A stretch of DNA of 64,000 bases from Candidatus Poseidoniales archaeon (lineage in GTDB: Archaea; Thermoplasmatota; Poseidoniia; Poseidoniales; Poseidoniaceae): assembly GCA_003602575.1 (NCBI GenBank), contig QQRY01000001.1, positions 6,856-70,855 of the forward strand. The letters are read 5' to 3'. Numbering within the stretch: position 1 is the first letter of the stretch; each line of letters begins with the position of its first letter. Below, piece by piece: positions 1 to 8,653 of the stretch. The notes beneath the pieces are model-generated. The model saw only the letters and a list, made by a program, of their open reading frames with translations, did no database searches and had not been told where the DNA came from. A program made the position numbers and the translations under genes.

Positions 1-1
1 T

Positions 2-280
2 GCGCTCTCCCATGTCGATGGACCTAGAGTTAAGAAAGAAGCCTCATTTTTATCAAAAAGACTGGAGACGCTTAGATTGAGCAAGAATATCACTAATGAT
101 GCGTACCTCGATGCCGGCGCAATTCAGGGGGCATTTGAGATGATTGCGCACTTGATCGACATGGGTGTTTCCCAAAAAGAAATTCATTCACAACTTAGGC
201 AACAATTAGACCGTGCTAGGAATATCGAGTTAAAACATCCTGGCTTGAATGAAGCAATAGAACAAGGACGTGCGAGTTGA
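2..280 (+). CDS. Hypothetical protein, 5'-partial
   Basis: Frame of the listed 77..280 ORF is open from position 2 (ALSHVDGPRVKKEASF...), so the true start probably lies upstream of the window. Confidence 0.6.
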   Translation, partial: ALSHVDGPRVKKEASFLSKRLETLRLSKNITNDAYLDAGAIQGAFEMIAHLIDMGVSQKEIHSQLRQQLDRARNIELKHPGLNEAIEQGRAS

Positions 281-288
281 TACTTTAC

Positions 289-1122
289 ATGACTGAAACT
301 CTAATGACAATATCCAATGTCTCCAAGAGTTTTGGCGAAGTTGAAGCATTAAGAGAAATTTCACTTGAGATTAATTCAGGCGAAGTTGTAGGCTTAGTTG
401 GAAGTAATGGTGCTGGTAAAACGACACTGCTTCGATTAATGTCTGGAGTCTACAAACCAACAAGCGGTTCTGTTTGCTTGGATGATGGCACTCCTGTAGA
501 TAAGATGCGTCAGCGTTTGGGCGTTGTACCTGAATCTACCGGCCTGTATTCTCGCCTAACTGCATGGGAAAATATTCGATACCATAGCAGAATGCATGGA
601 ATAGATGATGATGATTCATGGAATCGAACATCTAGATTTGCCAAACATTTAGACATGCTGGAAAATCTTGGCAGACACACCAAGGGATTTTCCAGGGGTA
701 TGAAACAGAAAACAGCACTTTTGCGTGCTTTAGCTCATGGCCCTAGTGTACTACTTCTTGATGAACCAACCGCAGGTCTTGATATAACAAGTGCTAGAAC
801 CGTACGCGCTCTAGTTAAGCAACTTAGAGATGAAGGTGGCACAATTGTATATTCTACCCATCATTTAGCAGAAGCGGAACAAGTTTGTGATCGAATTATC
901 ATAATCCATAATGGAGACATTCAGGCAGATGGTTCACCTGCCGAACTTCTTGAAGATACTAACTCTAAAAATCTAGAAGAAGCATATGTATCTCTAACTC
1001 AAGAAAAGGCAAGACCTCGTAATGATGACTTAGAATCTGAAGGGAAGTTTACTCGCTGGTGGAGGAGATTGTTCACTCCTAGAACTCCAAAAACAATTTT
1101 AGGAGATGATTCAAGTGAGTAA
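289..1122 (+). CDS. ABC transporter ATP-binding protein (NatA-like)
   Basis: Walker A GSNGAGKT, signature FSRGMKQK, Walker B LLLDEPT, H-loop STHH; first ATG at 289. Confidence 0.92.
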   Translation: MTETLMTISNVSKSFGEVEALREISLEINSGEVVGLVGSNGAGKTTLLRLMSGVYKPTSGSVCLDDGTPVDKMRQRLGVVPESTGLYSRLTAWENIRYHSRMHGIDDDDSWNRTSRFAKHLDMLENLGRHTKGFSRGMKQKTALLRALAHGPSVLLLDEPTAGLDITSARTVRALVKQLRDEGGTIVYSTHHLAEAEQVCDRIIIIHNGDIQADGSPAELLEDTNSKNLEEAYVSLTQEKARPRNDDLESEGKFTRWWRRLFTPRTPKTILGDDSSE

Positions 1123-2335
1123 CGGTTCTTTTAACAGAGTTAAGTCCATTGCTAAGAAGGAAGTCATTGAATTTACTAGAGATTGGCGCACAATTATCGC
1201 AATTATCGTCATTCCAATACTCATGTTCCCACTCTTATTTATCATGTTTCCATTATTACTAGAATCTGAGGCTGCAGAACTAAATTCAATTGTTGTTGAT
1301 GTGGTAATCCAATCAGAGGAAACTCCTGATGTTTTAATCGAGGAGTTTAATACTTCAACAATGAATATCTTGGAAGAAAACCTCTCCAATGTTTCCCCTT
1401 TATCCGAGCCTGGAGATGATCTTGAGCGGCTGAGAAGTTTGTCAGTTGATGCAATTTTAAGAGTAGAACAAAGAGACGATGTTTGGTATTATGCAATTCT
1501 TCATATTTCTACTTCTGAAAGTTCTAATGAAGCTAGAAGCCGCATCATTGAAGGATTAATTGTGTGGGAAAATAACGAGACTCAAAGAATAATTTCTGAG
1601 CAAGGTCTGGATGTTAATTCAACGCTTAATCCTGTAAGATGGGATGGCGATGTATCTCAAGGAGATGTTGCAACTGAAGGTGAACAGGCCGGAATGGTTT
1701 TGTCCCTATTTATCCCACTAGTATTGGCGGTTTGGACCTTTTCTAGTGCCATTCAACCATCCATTGATATGACTGCTGGTGAACGTGAGCGAGGGACCTT
1801 GGAAGCGTTACTGAGTCTGCCATGTACGCGAAATGAACTTCTACTAGGTAAATGGCTAGGAGTTGCTACTATTACAGGTGTTGGCGTAATTCTACAAATT
1901 TTCGGATTATTATTTGCAATTGGATATCTTGCCACCTCAAGTATAATTGGAATTCCGGATTTGTCATTAGAGGCCATTTTGTTGATCGTTATATCAATAA
2001 TGCTTTTTGCAGTCATGGTTGTAGCACTAGAACTAGCATTGGCAATGAGATCTCATAGTGTAAAAGAAGCTGGTTCAATACTTGGTCCTGCAATAATTTT
2101 GATTATATTCCCTGCATTATTTACACAAGTAATAAATTTGGATGGTGTCGAGAACTTTTGGTTTGCAGTACCTGTGGTGAATGTACTGTTAGCATTACGA
2201 GAATTGTTAATGGATAGAGTGATTGTAGAGCATATCGCAATATGGTTTGGTACTTCACTATTGTACGCACTTATGGCTGCTTATTATGCAGCTAAGCAGT
2301 TCGGTAGAGAAGACATCGTTACAAGTCTTTCATGA
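1106..2335 (+). CDS. ABC-2 type permease (NatB-like)
   Basis: N-terminal TM, large extracytoplasmic loop, AGERERGTLEALL motif, about 5 C-terminal TMs; overlaps the ATPase gene. Confidence 0.88.
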   Translation: MIQVSNGSFNRVKSIAKKEVIEFTRDWRTIIAIIVIPILMFPLLFIMFPLLLESEAAELNSIVVDVVIQSEETPDVLIEEFNTSTMNILEENLSNVSPLSEPGDDLERLRSLSVDAILRVEQRDDVWYYAILHISTSESSNEARSRIIEGLIVWENNETQRIISEQGLDVNSTLNPVRWDGDVSQGDVATEGEQAGMVLSLFIPLVLAVWTFSSAIQPSIDMTAGERERGTLEALLSLPCTRNELLLGKWLGVATITGVGVILQIFGLLFAIGYLATSSIIGIPDLSLEAILLIVISIMLFAVMVVALELALAMRSHSVKEAGSILGPAIILIIFPALFTQVINLDGVENFWFAVPVVNVLLALRELLMDRVIVEHIAIWFGTSLLYALMAAYYAAKQFGREDIVTSLS

Positions 2336-3829
2336 AAATGCTTTGATAGCATCTCTAACAATATCGATTATCATATCTATTTCGGCAGATGTAATTCTAA
2401 AGTGAGGTGTGAATCTCAAAGCATTGATTCCACCGTGTATGACGCCAAGACCGCGCCTTCTGCACCAAGGCTCTACAGCATCGAAACCCACTACTGGGAA
2501 TCGTGAAGGGTCTAATTCTGCACTTACTAGCAGGCCAGTCCCCTGTACTTTAGTAATAGTGCCTGGTAATTCTTCAGCTAATTTCTTAAGTTTAGAAACA
2601 AACTCTACTCCTCTATCTCTAATATTATTGCGTAACTCTGGAGTCATTTGTTCAAGAACAGATACTGCAATTTCTAATGCTCTTGGATTGGTAGTCATAG
2701 TATTGCCATATATTCCGACTACATACATTGAGGCAGCACGATCATTCATTCCTAGAACCGAGAGAGGATACTGGCCAGCATTGATTGCCTTGGACCAAGT
2801 TTCTAAGTCCGGCGCTTCAGCATCTTGAAAACCTTCATAGTCGATAACCGATAAACACCCTTGTCCTCTAATCCCTGCTTGTATTGAATCTACTAGGAAC
2901 ATTGAGTCATGTTCAAGCGTTAGTTTCCTCGCTTCATCATAGAATTCTCTAGAAATGCACTGTCCGGGATTGCCTTCCCCTTGTACCGGTTCAACTGCTA
3001 ATAATTCAATAAAGAATTTTTCATCTACCGAGCGCTGATACACTTCACGTAGAGATTCTATGTCATTTGCTGGCACTAGAATTAGGTTGTCTCGATTCTG
3101 AAAACTTGCAAGATTCTTGTCATATCCAGACATGCATGAATGGGAAATTTGAGCAGGTCTATCGGTACGTCCATGAAAACTTCTAACAATCGAGACCATC
3201 TTGATTGGATATCCTTCATACTTAGCTCCCTTAGCTGTCATTCTGTTCGCATTTACATCAGCAATTCTCAAAGCAACTGTCACAGACTCAGAACCACTAT
3301 TCATACAGATGAATTTTGAGAATGGGCAATTACCTCTTGTATGGCCCAGTTCAGCTTTGAGAGCTTCAGACAATCTCTTTTGACTAAATGATGGAGTCAT
3401 TACATTAGCCATGACCCAATTTTTTGACATGGTTGAAATGACCGAATCTGGGCCATGACCGGCACCCAACATACCATATCCGCCATTATCATGGACAACT
3501 GCTCCATGAGAGGTTACAATCCATGGACCTTTTGCTGAAAGAGCTACATAGGGATTTACAGTAGCAGGTGCATAAAAATTAACAATATCACTTTGAAGAT
3601 CTTCTACCAATAATTTCTCTTCCATCATCATTAAATCGCCACCCATTGTATTGATTAATTCAATGTGATTTTCATAACCTTCCTTAATTGCAGTAATCAG
3701 AGTTTCATCTATTTCACAGAAGCGCAAAATCACATCATCGGGTAGACCTGCAGTATCCATAATGCCGCTATTTTTCCTTATGGCGTGCAACTTAGACAAA
3801 ACTCCGTCGGTATCGAACATTACTGTCAT
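2330..3829 (-). CDS. lat: Class III PLP aminotransferase, L-lysine 6-aminotransferase-like
   Basis: SGSES, FHGRT, EPVQGEG, DSIQAG, WSKA (PLP Lys); long N-terminal extension and GPWIV..GAVVHDNGGYGMLG segment recalled as resembling the ~490-aa bacterial Lat. Confidence 0.7.
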   Translation of the reverse strand: MTVMFDTDGVLSKLHAIRKNSGIMDTAGLPDDVILRFCEIDETLITAIKEGYENHIELINTMGGDLMMMEEKLLVEDLQSDIVNFYAPATVNPYVALSAKGPWIVTSHGAVVHDNGGYGMLGAGHGPDSVISTMSKNWVMANVMTPSFSQKRLSEALKAELGHTRGNCPFSKFICMNSGSESVTVALRIADVNANRMTAKGAKYEGYPIKMVSIVRSFHGRTDRPAQISHSCMSGYDKNLASFQNRDNLILVPANDIESLREVYQRSVDEKFFIELLAVEPVQGEGNPGQCISREFYDEARKLTLEHDSMFLVDSIQAGIRGQGCLSVIDYEGFQDAEAPDLETWSKAINAGQYPLSVLGMNDRAASMYVVGIYGNTMTTNPRALEIAVSVLEQMTPELRNNIRDRGVEFVSKLKKLAEELPGTITKVQGTGLLVSAELDPSRFPVVGFDAVEPWCRRRGLGVIHGGINALRFTPHFRITSAEIDMIIDIVRDAIKAFS

Positions 3830-3904
3830 CAACCATTCTCCATTGGCGGAGCCTATTCAACATTCGCTTTTGATGATGGGAAATAGTTCTAAAACAATAT
3901 TAAA

Positions 3905-3942
3905 TAATACTATAGTAATACCAGAGTAATACTAAATAACAC
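3905..3942 (+). promoter_or_regulatory. Four phased TAA(T/C)AC direct repeats, candidate RHH operator
   Basis: TAATAC at 3905, 3916, 3927 and TAACAC at 3937 (spacing 11, 11, 10), directly upstream of the RHH gene. Confidence 0.6.
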
Positions 3943-3954
3943 CTGCCCCCAGCG

Positions 3955-4140
3955 ATGTTCATGCCTAAGGTTTCACTTGATATGCCGGCTGAGATAATAG
4001 TTGACTTGCGATTGCATGTTGGCGATGAGAGAAAGTTTGTCAGTTTAGCTGATGCGATAAGGACTGCATGTCGGAAACTACTCGATCAACTCGATGAAAT
4101 AGATTCTAGGCATGGAAGAAATAATGGAGATGAATTATAA
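3955..4140 (+). CDS. Ribbon-helix-helix (CopG/MetJ-like) transcriptional regulator
   Basis: ~60 aa; N-terminal strand PKVSLDMP then FVSLADAIRTACRKLL helix pattern; stop overlaps the folE start; start may be 3961. Confidence 0.75.
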   Translation: MFMPKVSLDMPAEIIVDLRLHVGDERKFVSLADAIRTACRKLLDQLDEIDSRHGRNNGDEL

Positions 4141-4709
4141 TGACGACTAGAGAGAAAGCGATGGAAGCAGTAACAACTTTACTTTCATATTTGGAGGATG
4201 ATTATGAGCGCGAAGGGTTACTTTCAACGCCTAAAAGAGTAATTGATTCTTGGGATGAAATTTTTTCCGGATACAATGAAGATTCTGGTGATATATTAGA
4301 TGCTACATTCAATGGAGAAGGTTATGATGGAATTGTACTACTAAGAGACATAGAATTCCATTCGACTTGTGAACATCATTTACAACCATTCAATGGTAGA
4401 GCTCATGTTGCATACATACCCGTAGACAGAATTGTAGGGATTAGTAAATTATCTCGTATTGTCGACTTACATGCAAAGAGGTTGCAGAACCAAGAGAGAA
4501 TAACCAAGGGGATAGCAGATGATTTAGAATCTCATCTATCTCCACTGGGTGCTGCGGTGATTATCGAAGCATCGCATGGTTGTATGAGGTGTCGTGGTGT
4601 CAAAAAACAGAATGCTGTAATGACTACATCTGCCATGCGCGGAGTATTTTTTGAAAAGCAAGAAGCTAGACAGGAATTAATGCAACTGATACAAGCAAAA
4701 CCACTTTGA
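4140..4709 (+). CDS. folE: GTP cyclohydrolase I (type IA)
   Basis: REGLLSTPKRV, STCEHHLQPF, GISKLSR, RLQNQER, HGCMRCRGV motifs. Confidence 0.96.
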   Translation: MTTREKAMEAVTTLLSYLEDDYEREGLLSTPKRVIDSWDEIFSGYNEDSGDILDATFNGEGYDGIVLLRDIEFHSTCEHHLQPFNGRAHVAYIPVDRIVGISKLSRIVDLHAKRLQNQERITKGIADDLESHLSPLGAAVIIEASHGCMRCRGVKKQNAVMTTSAMRGVFFEKQEARQELMQLIQAKPL

Positions 4710-4733
4710 GTAAAAATGAGATGAGAGATTGCC

Positions 4734-5330
4734 ATGGCGAAATATCCGATTGTCGAAATATTTCACTCAGTACAAGGTGAAGCATACCATATGGGTAAGC
4801 CTCATGTTTTTGTGAGATTTGGGAATTGTAATTTGAGATGTGAGTGGTGTGATACAAATTTCCTAGATTATGAGGAAATGGAATTAAGTTCGATCGTTGA
4901 AGTTGTACTTTCATATAACTGTGAGCGTGTGATATTCACTGGTGGGGAACCTTGTCTTCAAGACCTAGATACAATTGGGAGGGAATTGAAAAAGCATGGC
5001 CTAAACCTTTCTGTCGAAACGAATGGTACTATCGAAGTACCAGATATCATCGATTGGATTTGTGTATCTCCTAAAGATCAATTATATCCTAATAGTAAAA
5101 TTTCTCAAACCTCTGGCGATGAGTTGAAAGTTGTATATTGCGGACAGGATTTATCCATGTATGATGATTTGAAAGATGGTTTTTCACATCTTTATATCCA
5201 ACCCTGTTATATCGATAGTATGTCTGTTGAAGAGAATGGTAAGAACTTCGCAATTGTCGAAGATTTGGTAAAAAATAATCCCGGCTGGAGATTATCATTA
5301 CAAACTCATAAGTGGATGGGGGTGGATTAA
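4734..5330 (+). CDS. queE: 7-carboxy-7-deazaguanine synthase (radical SAM)
   Basis: EIFHSVQGEA, CNLRCEWCDT, FTGGEP, ETNGT, VSPK, WRLSLQTHK. Confidence 0.95.
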   Translation: MAKYPIVEIFHSVQGEAYHMGKPHVFVRFGNCNLRCEWCDTNFLDYEEMELSSIVEVVLSYNCERVIFTGGEPCLQDLDTIGRELKKHGLNLSVETNGTIEVPDIIDWICVSPKDQLYPNSKISQTSGDELKVVYCGQDLSMYDDLKDGFSHLYIQPCYIDSMSVEENGKNFAIVEDLVKNNPGWRLSLQTHKWMGVD

Positions 5331-6482
5331 ATCAATATCGCAGTCATGGCACTCAGTGGAGGTATGGATTCGACATCCTTGCTTCTAAGATTGTTGAAAG
5401 AAGGTAATGAAGTATATTGTATCTCATATGAATATGGTCAGAAGCACAGGATTGAAATCGATAGATCTGTACTGAATATCAAATACTTAAGGAGTGAAAA
5501 TTTCAACGTAGTTCACCAAATTGTTGATTTAGAAGGTGCCATGAGTATATTCAATAGTTCTCTGTTAAACGAAGGTTATGATGTACCTGAAGGTCATTAT
5601 GAAGAGGAGCAAATGAAATCTACTGTAGTTCCAAATCGTAATGCCATTTTCTCATCAATTCTATACGGTTATGCACTTTCATTGGCAGTTAAGCATGAAA
5701 CAAATGTAAAGATTGCTTTAGGCGTTCATTCCGGAGACCATGCTATATATCCGGATTGCAGACCACAATTCTACAAAGCTTTGGAACATGCCTTTCAAAT
5801 TGGTAACTGGGATAGTGAAAAAGTATCATTTGAATTACCATATATCGATGGTGATAAAGAATCAATACTATTGGATGCACTGAACTCATGTGAAAAACTT
5901 GGAGTTGATTTCGATACAATATTTTCCAATACAAATACTTCTTACAATCCAGACTCAGAAGGTAGAAGCTCAGGCAAGAGTGGAGCAGATATTGAACGGA
6001 TTTTGGCGTTCAAAGCCATTGGAAGAATAGACCCCGTTGAATATACTGAACCATGGGAAGTAGTTTTATCTAACGCGGTAAAGGTGGAAATGATCCATAA
6101 AGACCAATACTATCGGGAAAAGTTAACTGAATTACAGTATATGGTGACTAGGCAAGGAGGAACTGAAAGAGCATTCACTGGGATATATGATAAAGAAAGT
6201 CGAGAAGGTATTTACCGTTGTATTTGTTGTGAACATATACTATTCACATCATTAAATAAATATGATTCAGGTTGTGGGTGGCCTGCCTTCCATAGTGAGT
6301 CGGAAGGGGCTGAAATAATACGCATACAAGACAATAGTATGGGGATGTCACGAATTGAAGTTCGATGCTCTAAATGTGATGCGCACCTTGGGCATGTATT
6401 CCAGGACGGTCCGAGGTCATATGGCGGAGAAAGGTATTGTATCAATTCAGCATCATTAGATTTCGAGGAGGAATCATTATGA
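5331..6482 (+). CDS. queC: 7-cyano-7-deazaguanine synthase fused to C-terminal methionine-R-sulfoxide reductase MsrB
   Basis: SGGMDS, VPNRN, GDHAIYPDCRP (QueC); TERAFTG, CICC, YDSGCGWPAF, CSKCDAHLGHVFQDGP, RYCINS (MsrB). Start placed at ATC 5331 by inference; first ATG is 5346. Confidence 0.9.
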   Translation: MNIAVMALSGGMDSTSLLLRLLKEGNEVYCISYEYGQKHRIEIDRSVLNIKYLRSENFNVVHQIVDLEGAMSIFNSSLLNEGYDVPEGHYEEEQMKSTVVPNRNAIFSSILYGYALSLAVKHETNVKIALGVHSGDHAIYPDCRPQFYKALEHAFQIGNWDSEKVSFELPYIDGDKESILLDALNSCEKLGVDFDTIFSNTNTSYNPDSEGRSSGKSGADIERILAFKAIGRIDPVEYTEPWEVVLSNAVKVEMIHKDQYYREKLTELQYMVTRQGGTERAFTGIYDKESREGIYRCICCEHILFTSLNKYDSGCGWPAFHSESEGAEIIRIQDNSMGMSRIEVRCSKCDAHLGHVFQDGPRSYGGERYCINSASLDFEEESL

Positions 6483-6928
6483 CAACATACATTAGAAGAT
6501 ACGTAGAAACTGATACTGGACATAGAGTGCCAAATCATAAGAGCAAATGTAAGCACATGCATGGTCATCGTTATAGATTTGAAGCTGAAATAGAGGGCGA
6601 TGTAGTCACTCAAAAGGGTGTTTCAGAAGAGGGCATGTTGATGGACTTTTCAGATATTAGTGCGATATTAACAACTCATATTCATGATGTAGTCGACCAT
6701 GCTTTTGTAGTCTACCAAGGAGATGATTTGGCTTTGAGTGCACTTGAGTTAATGGGTGATGAGCACAGAACTGTAATAGTCGACTTCATACCAACTGCTG
6801 AAAATCTAGCAAAGTGGGCATTTGAACAAATTGAACCACTAATTTCTACCGCTTACGGGAATAGATTGAAACTTGTTGCAATGCATGTCCGTGAAACACC
6901 AAAGAGTATTGCAACTTGGAAGCCATAG
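6479..6928 (+). CDS. queD: 6-carboxy-5,6,7,8-tetrahydropterin synthase
   Basis: CKHMHGHRY, GMLMDF, DH, PTAENLA, ETP motifs; ATGA overlap with the queC-msrB stop and a GAGGAGG SD. Confidence 0.93.
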   Translation: MTTYIRRYVETDTGHRVPNHKSKCKHMHGHRYRFEAEIEGDVVTQKGVSEEGMLMDFSDISAILTTHIHDVVDHAFVVYQGDDLALSALELMGDEHRTVIVDFIPTAENLAKWAFEQIEPLISTAYGNRLKLVAMHVRETPKSIATWKP

Positions 6929-7768
6929 TCATTCTTCAGACTGCGGCTCTATTTTTCTTCTGCGCTTACTTATCCAATCTTCGTTGCCATCTACATATTG
7001 AAGTGCCGTGGTTGCATCAAGAATGCCACCTATCAGTCTTGTAGCCTCATCTTCAGTTGGCATTGATAGCATTATTGAGCGAATCATAGAATTCTTAAAA
7101 CTTGATTTACGTTCATCATTACCTGGTAATGAACTTGATAGTTCCTCGATTCCTTTAACCAGTATTTTGCGTAAATTATCATTTATTGAACGCTCTAGTG
7201 GGACTATATCTGGTAGGCTATTGTCATTACCCTGATTTTTAATAACCCTGTATTTGTGCAATTCATAAATAAATGCATTAACTGCGTGCGATAGATTTGC
7301 AATCGGGTAGCCCTCCCAAGTTGGTAGCGTTGTCAAAAAATCACACCTATCTAATTCCTCGGTAGACATTCCTTTTCCTTCCTCACCAAAAATTAGTGCC
7401 ACTTTACCATTAAATTCAAAAATTCGTTCAGAAAATTCCCATGGATATGTGAAATGACGGAAGGATGTCTTAGAACCAACCTCTCTTTTACCGGAAGTCC
7501 CAACAACTAGTGAACAATCGCTGATTGAATCTTCTAAGCTAGTGAATAATTCACAATTTTGTAGAATCGATCCTGCATGCTTAGCCCTATTCCTAGCCTC
7601 AACATCAAGGTGATCACATTTGGGATTAACCAAACGAAGACTGTCAAATCCATAATTTAGCATACTACGGCAAATAGCACCTAAGTTCCCTGGATGTGAA
7701 GTTCCAATCAAAATTATTACTAATTGATATTTGCTTTTTGGTAAAGGAATACCTTGTCGGTCGCCCAT
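6929..7768 (-). CDS. trmJ: SPOUT tRNA 2'-O-methyltransferase, TrmJ-like
   Basis: HPGNLGAICRSMLNYG, ALIFGEEGKGMS, PIANLSHAV. Confidence 0.82.
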   Translation of the reverse strand: MGDRQGIPLPKSKYQLVIILIGTSHPGNLGAICRSMLNYGFDSLRLVNPKCDHLDVEARNRAKHAGSILQNCELFTSLEDSISDCSLVVGTSGKREVGSKTSFRHFTYPWEFSERIFEFNGKVALIFGEEGKGMSTEELDRCDFLTTLPTWEGYPIANLSHAVNAFIYELHKYRVIKNQGNDNSLPDIVPLERSINDNLRKILVKGIEELSSSLPGNDERKSSFKNSMIRSIMLSMPTEDEATRLIGGILDATTALQYVDGNEDWISKRRRKIEPQSEE

Positions 7769-7987
7769 TTAATCACCATTTGAAGTAATGAATTCAGCAA
7801 TCCACCTTGGGTCACAAGGTTGGTAGATGAAAAATAGATAGCCACCATTCTCACGATCTTCCATAACGAGTGAACGTTTTCTCACAGAATACTTATTCTT
7901 TAGAAAAACTATCAATCGCTCCAATTCATCTTTGACATCGGAGTGGACGCTAACAGGATGCCTGTCCCAATCTATGCGCACTGACAC
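7769..7987 (-). CDS. Hypothetical 72-aa protein in the ribosomal protein operon
   Basis: GTG start with SD; stop abuts the trmJ ATG; fills the gap exactly. Confidence 0.65.
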   Translation of the reverse strand: MSVRIDWDRHPVSVHSDVKDELERLIVFLKNKYSVRKRSLVMEDRENGGYLFFIYQPCDPRWIAEFITSNGD

Positions 7988-7999
7988 GCAAAACCCTCA

Positions 8000-8191
8000 C
8001 TAATCGACTCTTCTCTGAAGATATCTAGTTACGTAACCTGCAATCCAATTTCTAAGTTTCTTAGAACTGACGTCAGTCAATTGTGAAACAACTATCTTGT
8101 TGTGGTCGAAGTCATTAGTAAATTTCTCTCTGTGTTGCTCTACTAGTGTGATAGCTCTTATTTTGATAAAACTCGGTCTAATATTTCCCAT
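8000..8191 (-). CDS. rps17e: 30S ribosomal protein S17e
   Basis: MGNIRPSFIK...FTNDFDHNK...SKKLRNWIAGYVT. Confidence 0.95.
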   Translation of the reverse strand: MGNIRPSFIKIRAITLVEQHREKFTNDFDHNKIVVSQLTDVSSKKLRNWIAGYVTRYLQRRVD

Positions 8192-8196
8192 TCTAT

Positions 8197-8472
8197 TCAC
8201 TCCTCAAACAATTTTACTTCAATTGGAAATTCGGGGTCATCGTGTCTGATTACTTGTAATCTGACTTTACGAGGTGGATTCTCAATGCCTCTTGACCATA
8301 TGTGTTCATTGACAGTTGGATCAATATACACAGTTTCGTCTTCAGTTACTTTAAGATGCTTGATTACGTGATCTTTGATTATTTGCATTGCTCTTGGAGC
8401 GCGCTTGAATCTAGTGATATTCCAAGCATTCCTCAAAGGAACAATTAACTCTGATTCGTTAGGTCTTGCCAT
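8197..8472 (-). CDS. rpl31e: 50S ribosomal protein L31e
   Basis: VPLR...KRAPRAM...VNEHIWSRGIENPPRKVRL. Confidence 0.95.
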   Translation of the reverse strand: MARPNESELIVPLRNAWNITRFKRAPRAMQIIKDHVIKHLKVTEDETVYIDPTVNEHIWSRGIENPPRKVRLQVIRHDDPEFPIEVKLFEE

Positions 8473-8483
8473 AATAAAACACC

Positions 8484-8639
8484 TCATCGTTGCAGTTTAC
8501 TGCGTCTCCAGTGATGTCGCTTTGGGTGCGATACTGTATTTCGGTCGGTCTTTAACATGACCCATACAGGGACACGTCTGTTCTGCTTCTGCACCTTCAT
8601 TAGGCGTATTTTTTTTGCTGCTGGTTTATTTCTTGACAT
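8484..8639 (-). CDS. rpl39e: 50S ribosomal protein L39e (absent from the ORF track, 51 aa)
   Basis: Manual translation [51 protein letters not shown]; usual position before rpl31e. Confidence 0.95.
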   Translation of the reverse strand: MSRNKPAAKKIRLMKVQKQNRRVPVWVMLKTDRNTVSHPKRHHWRRSKLQR

Positions 8640-8653
8640 TTTCGAGCACCTTC

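Noticed and set aside
6430-6482. Selenocysteine in MsrB
   Set aside because: The catalytic codon is TGT (Cys); the TGA at 6480 is the stop overlapping the queD ATG
4140-6928. dpd-type DNA modification or defence island
   Set aside because: No dpdA/TGT, dpdB-K, integrase or island boundary in the window; flanks are housekeeping genes
8375-8560. 61-aa plus-strand ORF, and the many other short ORFs nested in long genes
   Set aside because: Antisense or out-of-frame shadows of well-supported genes (here rpl31e and rpl39e)
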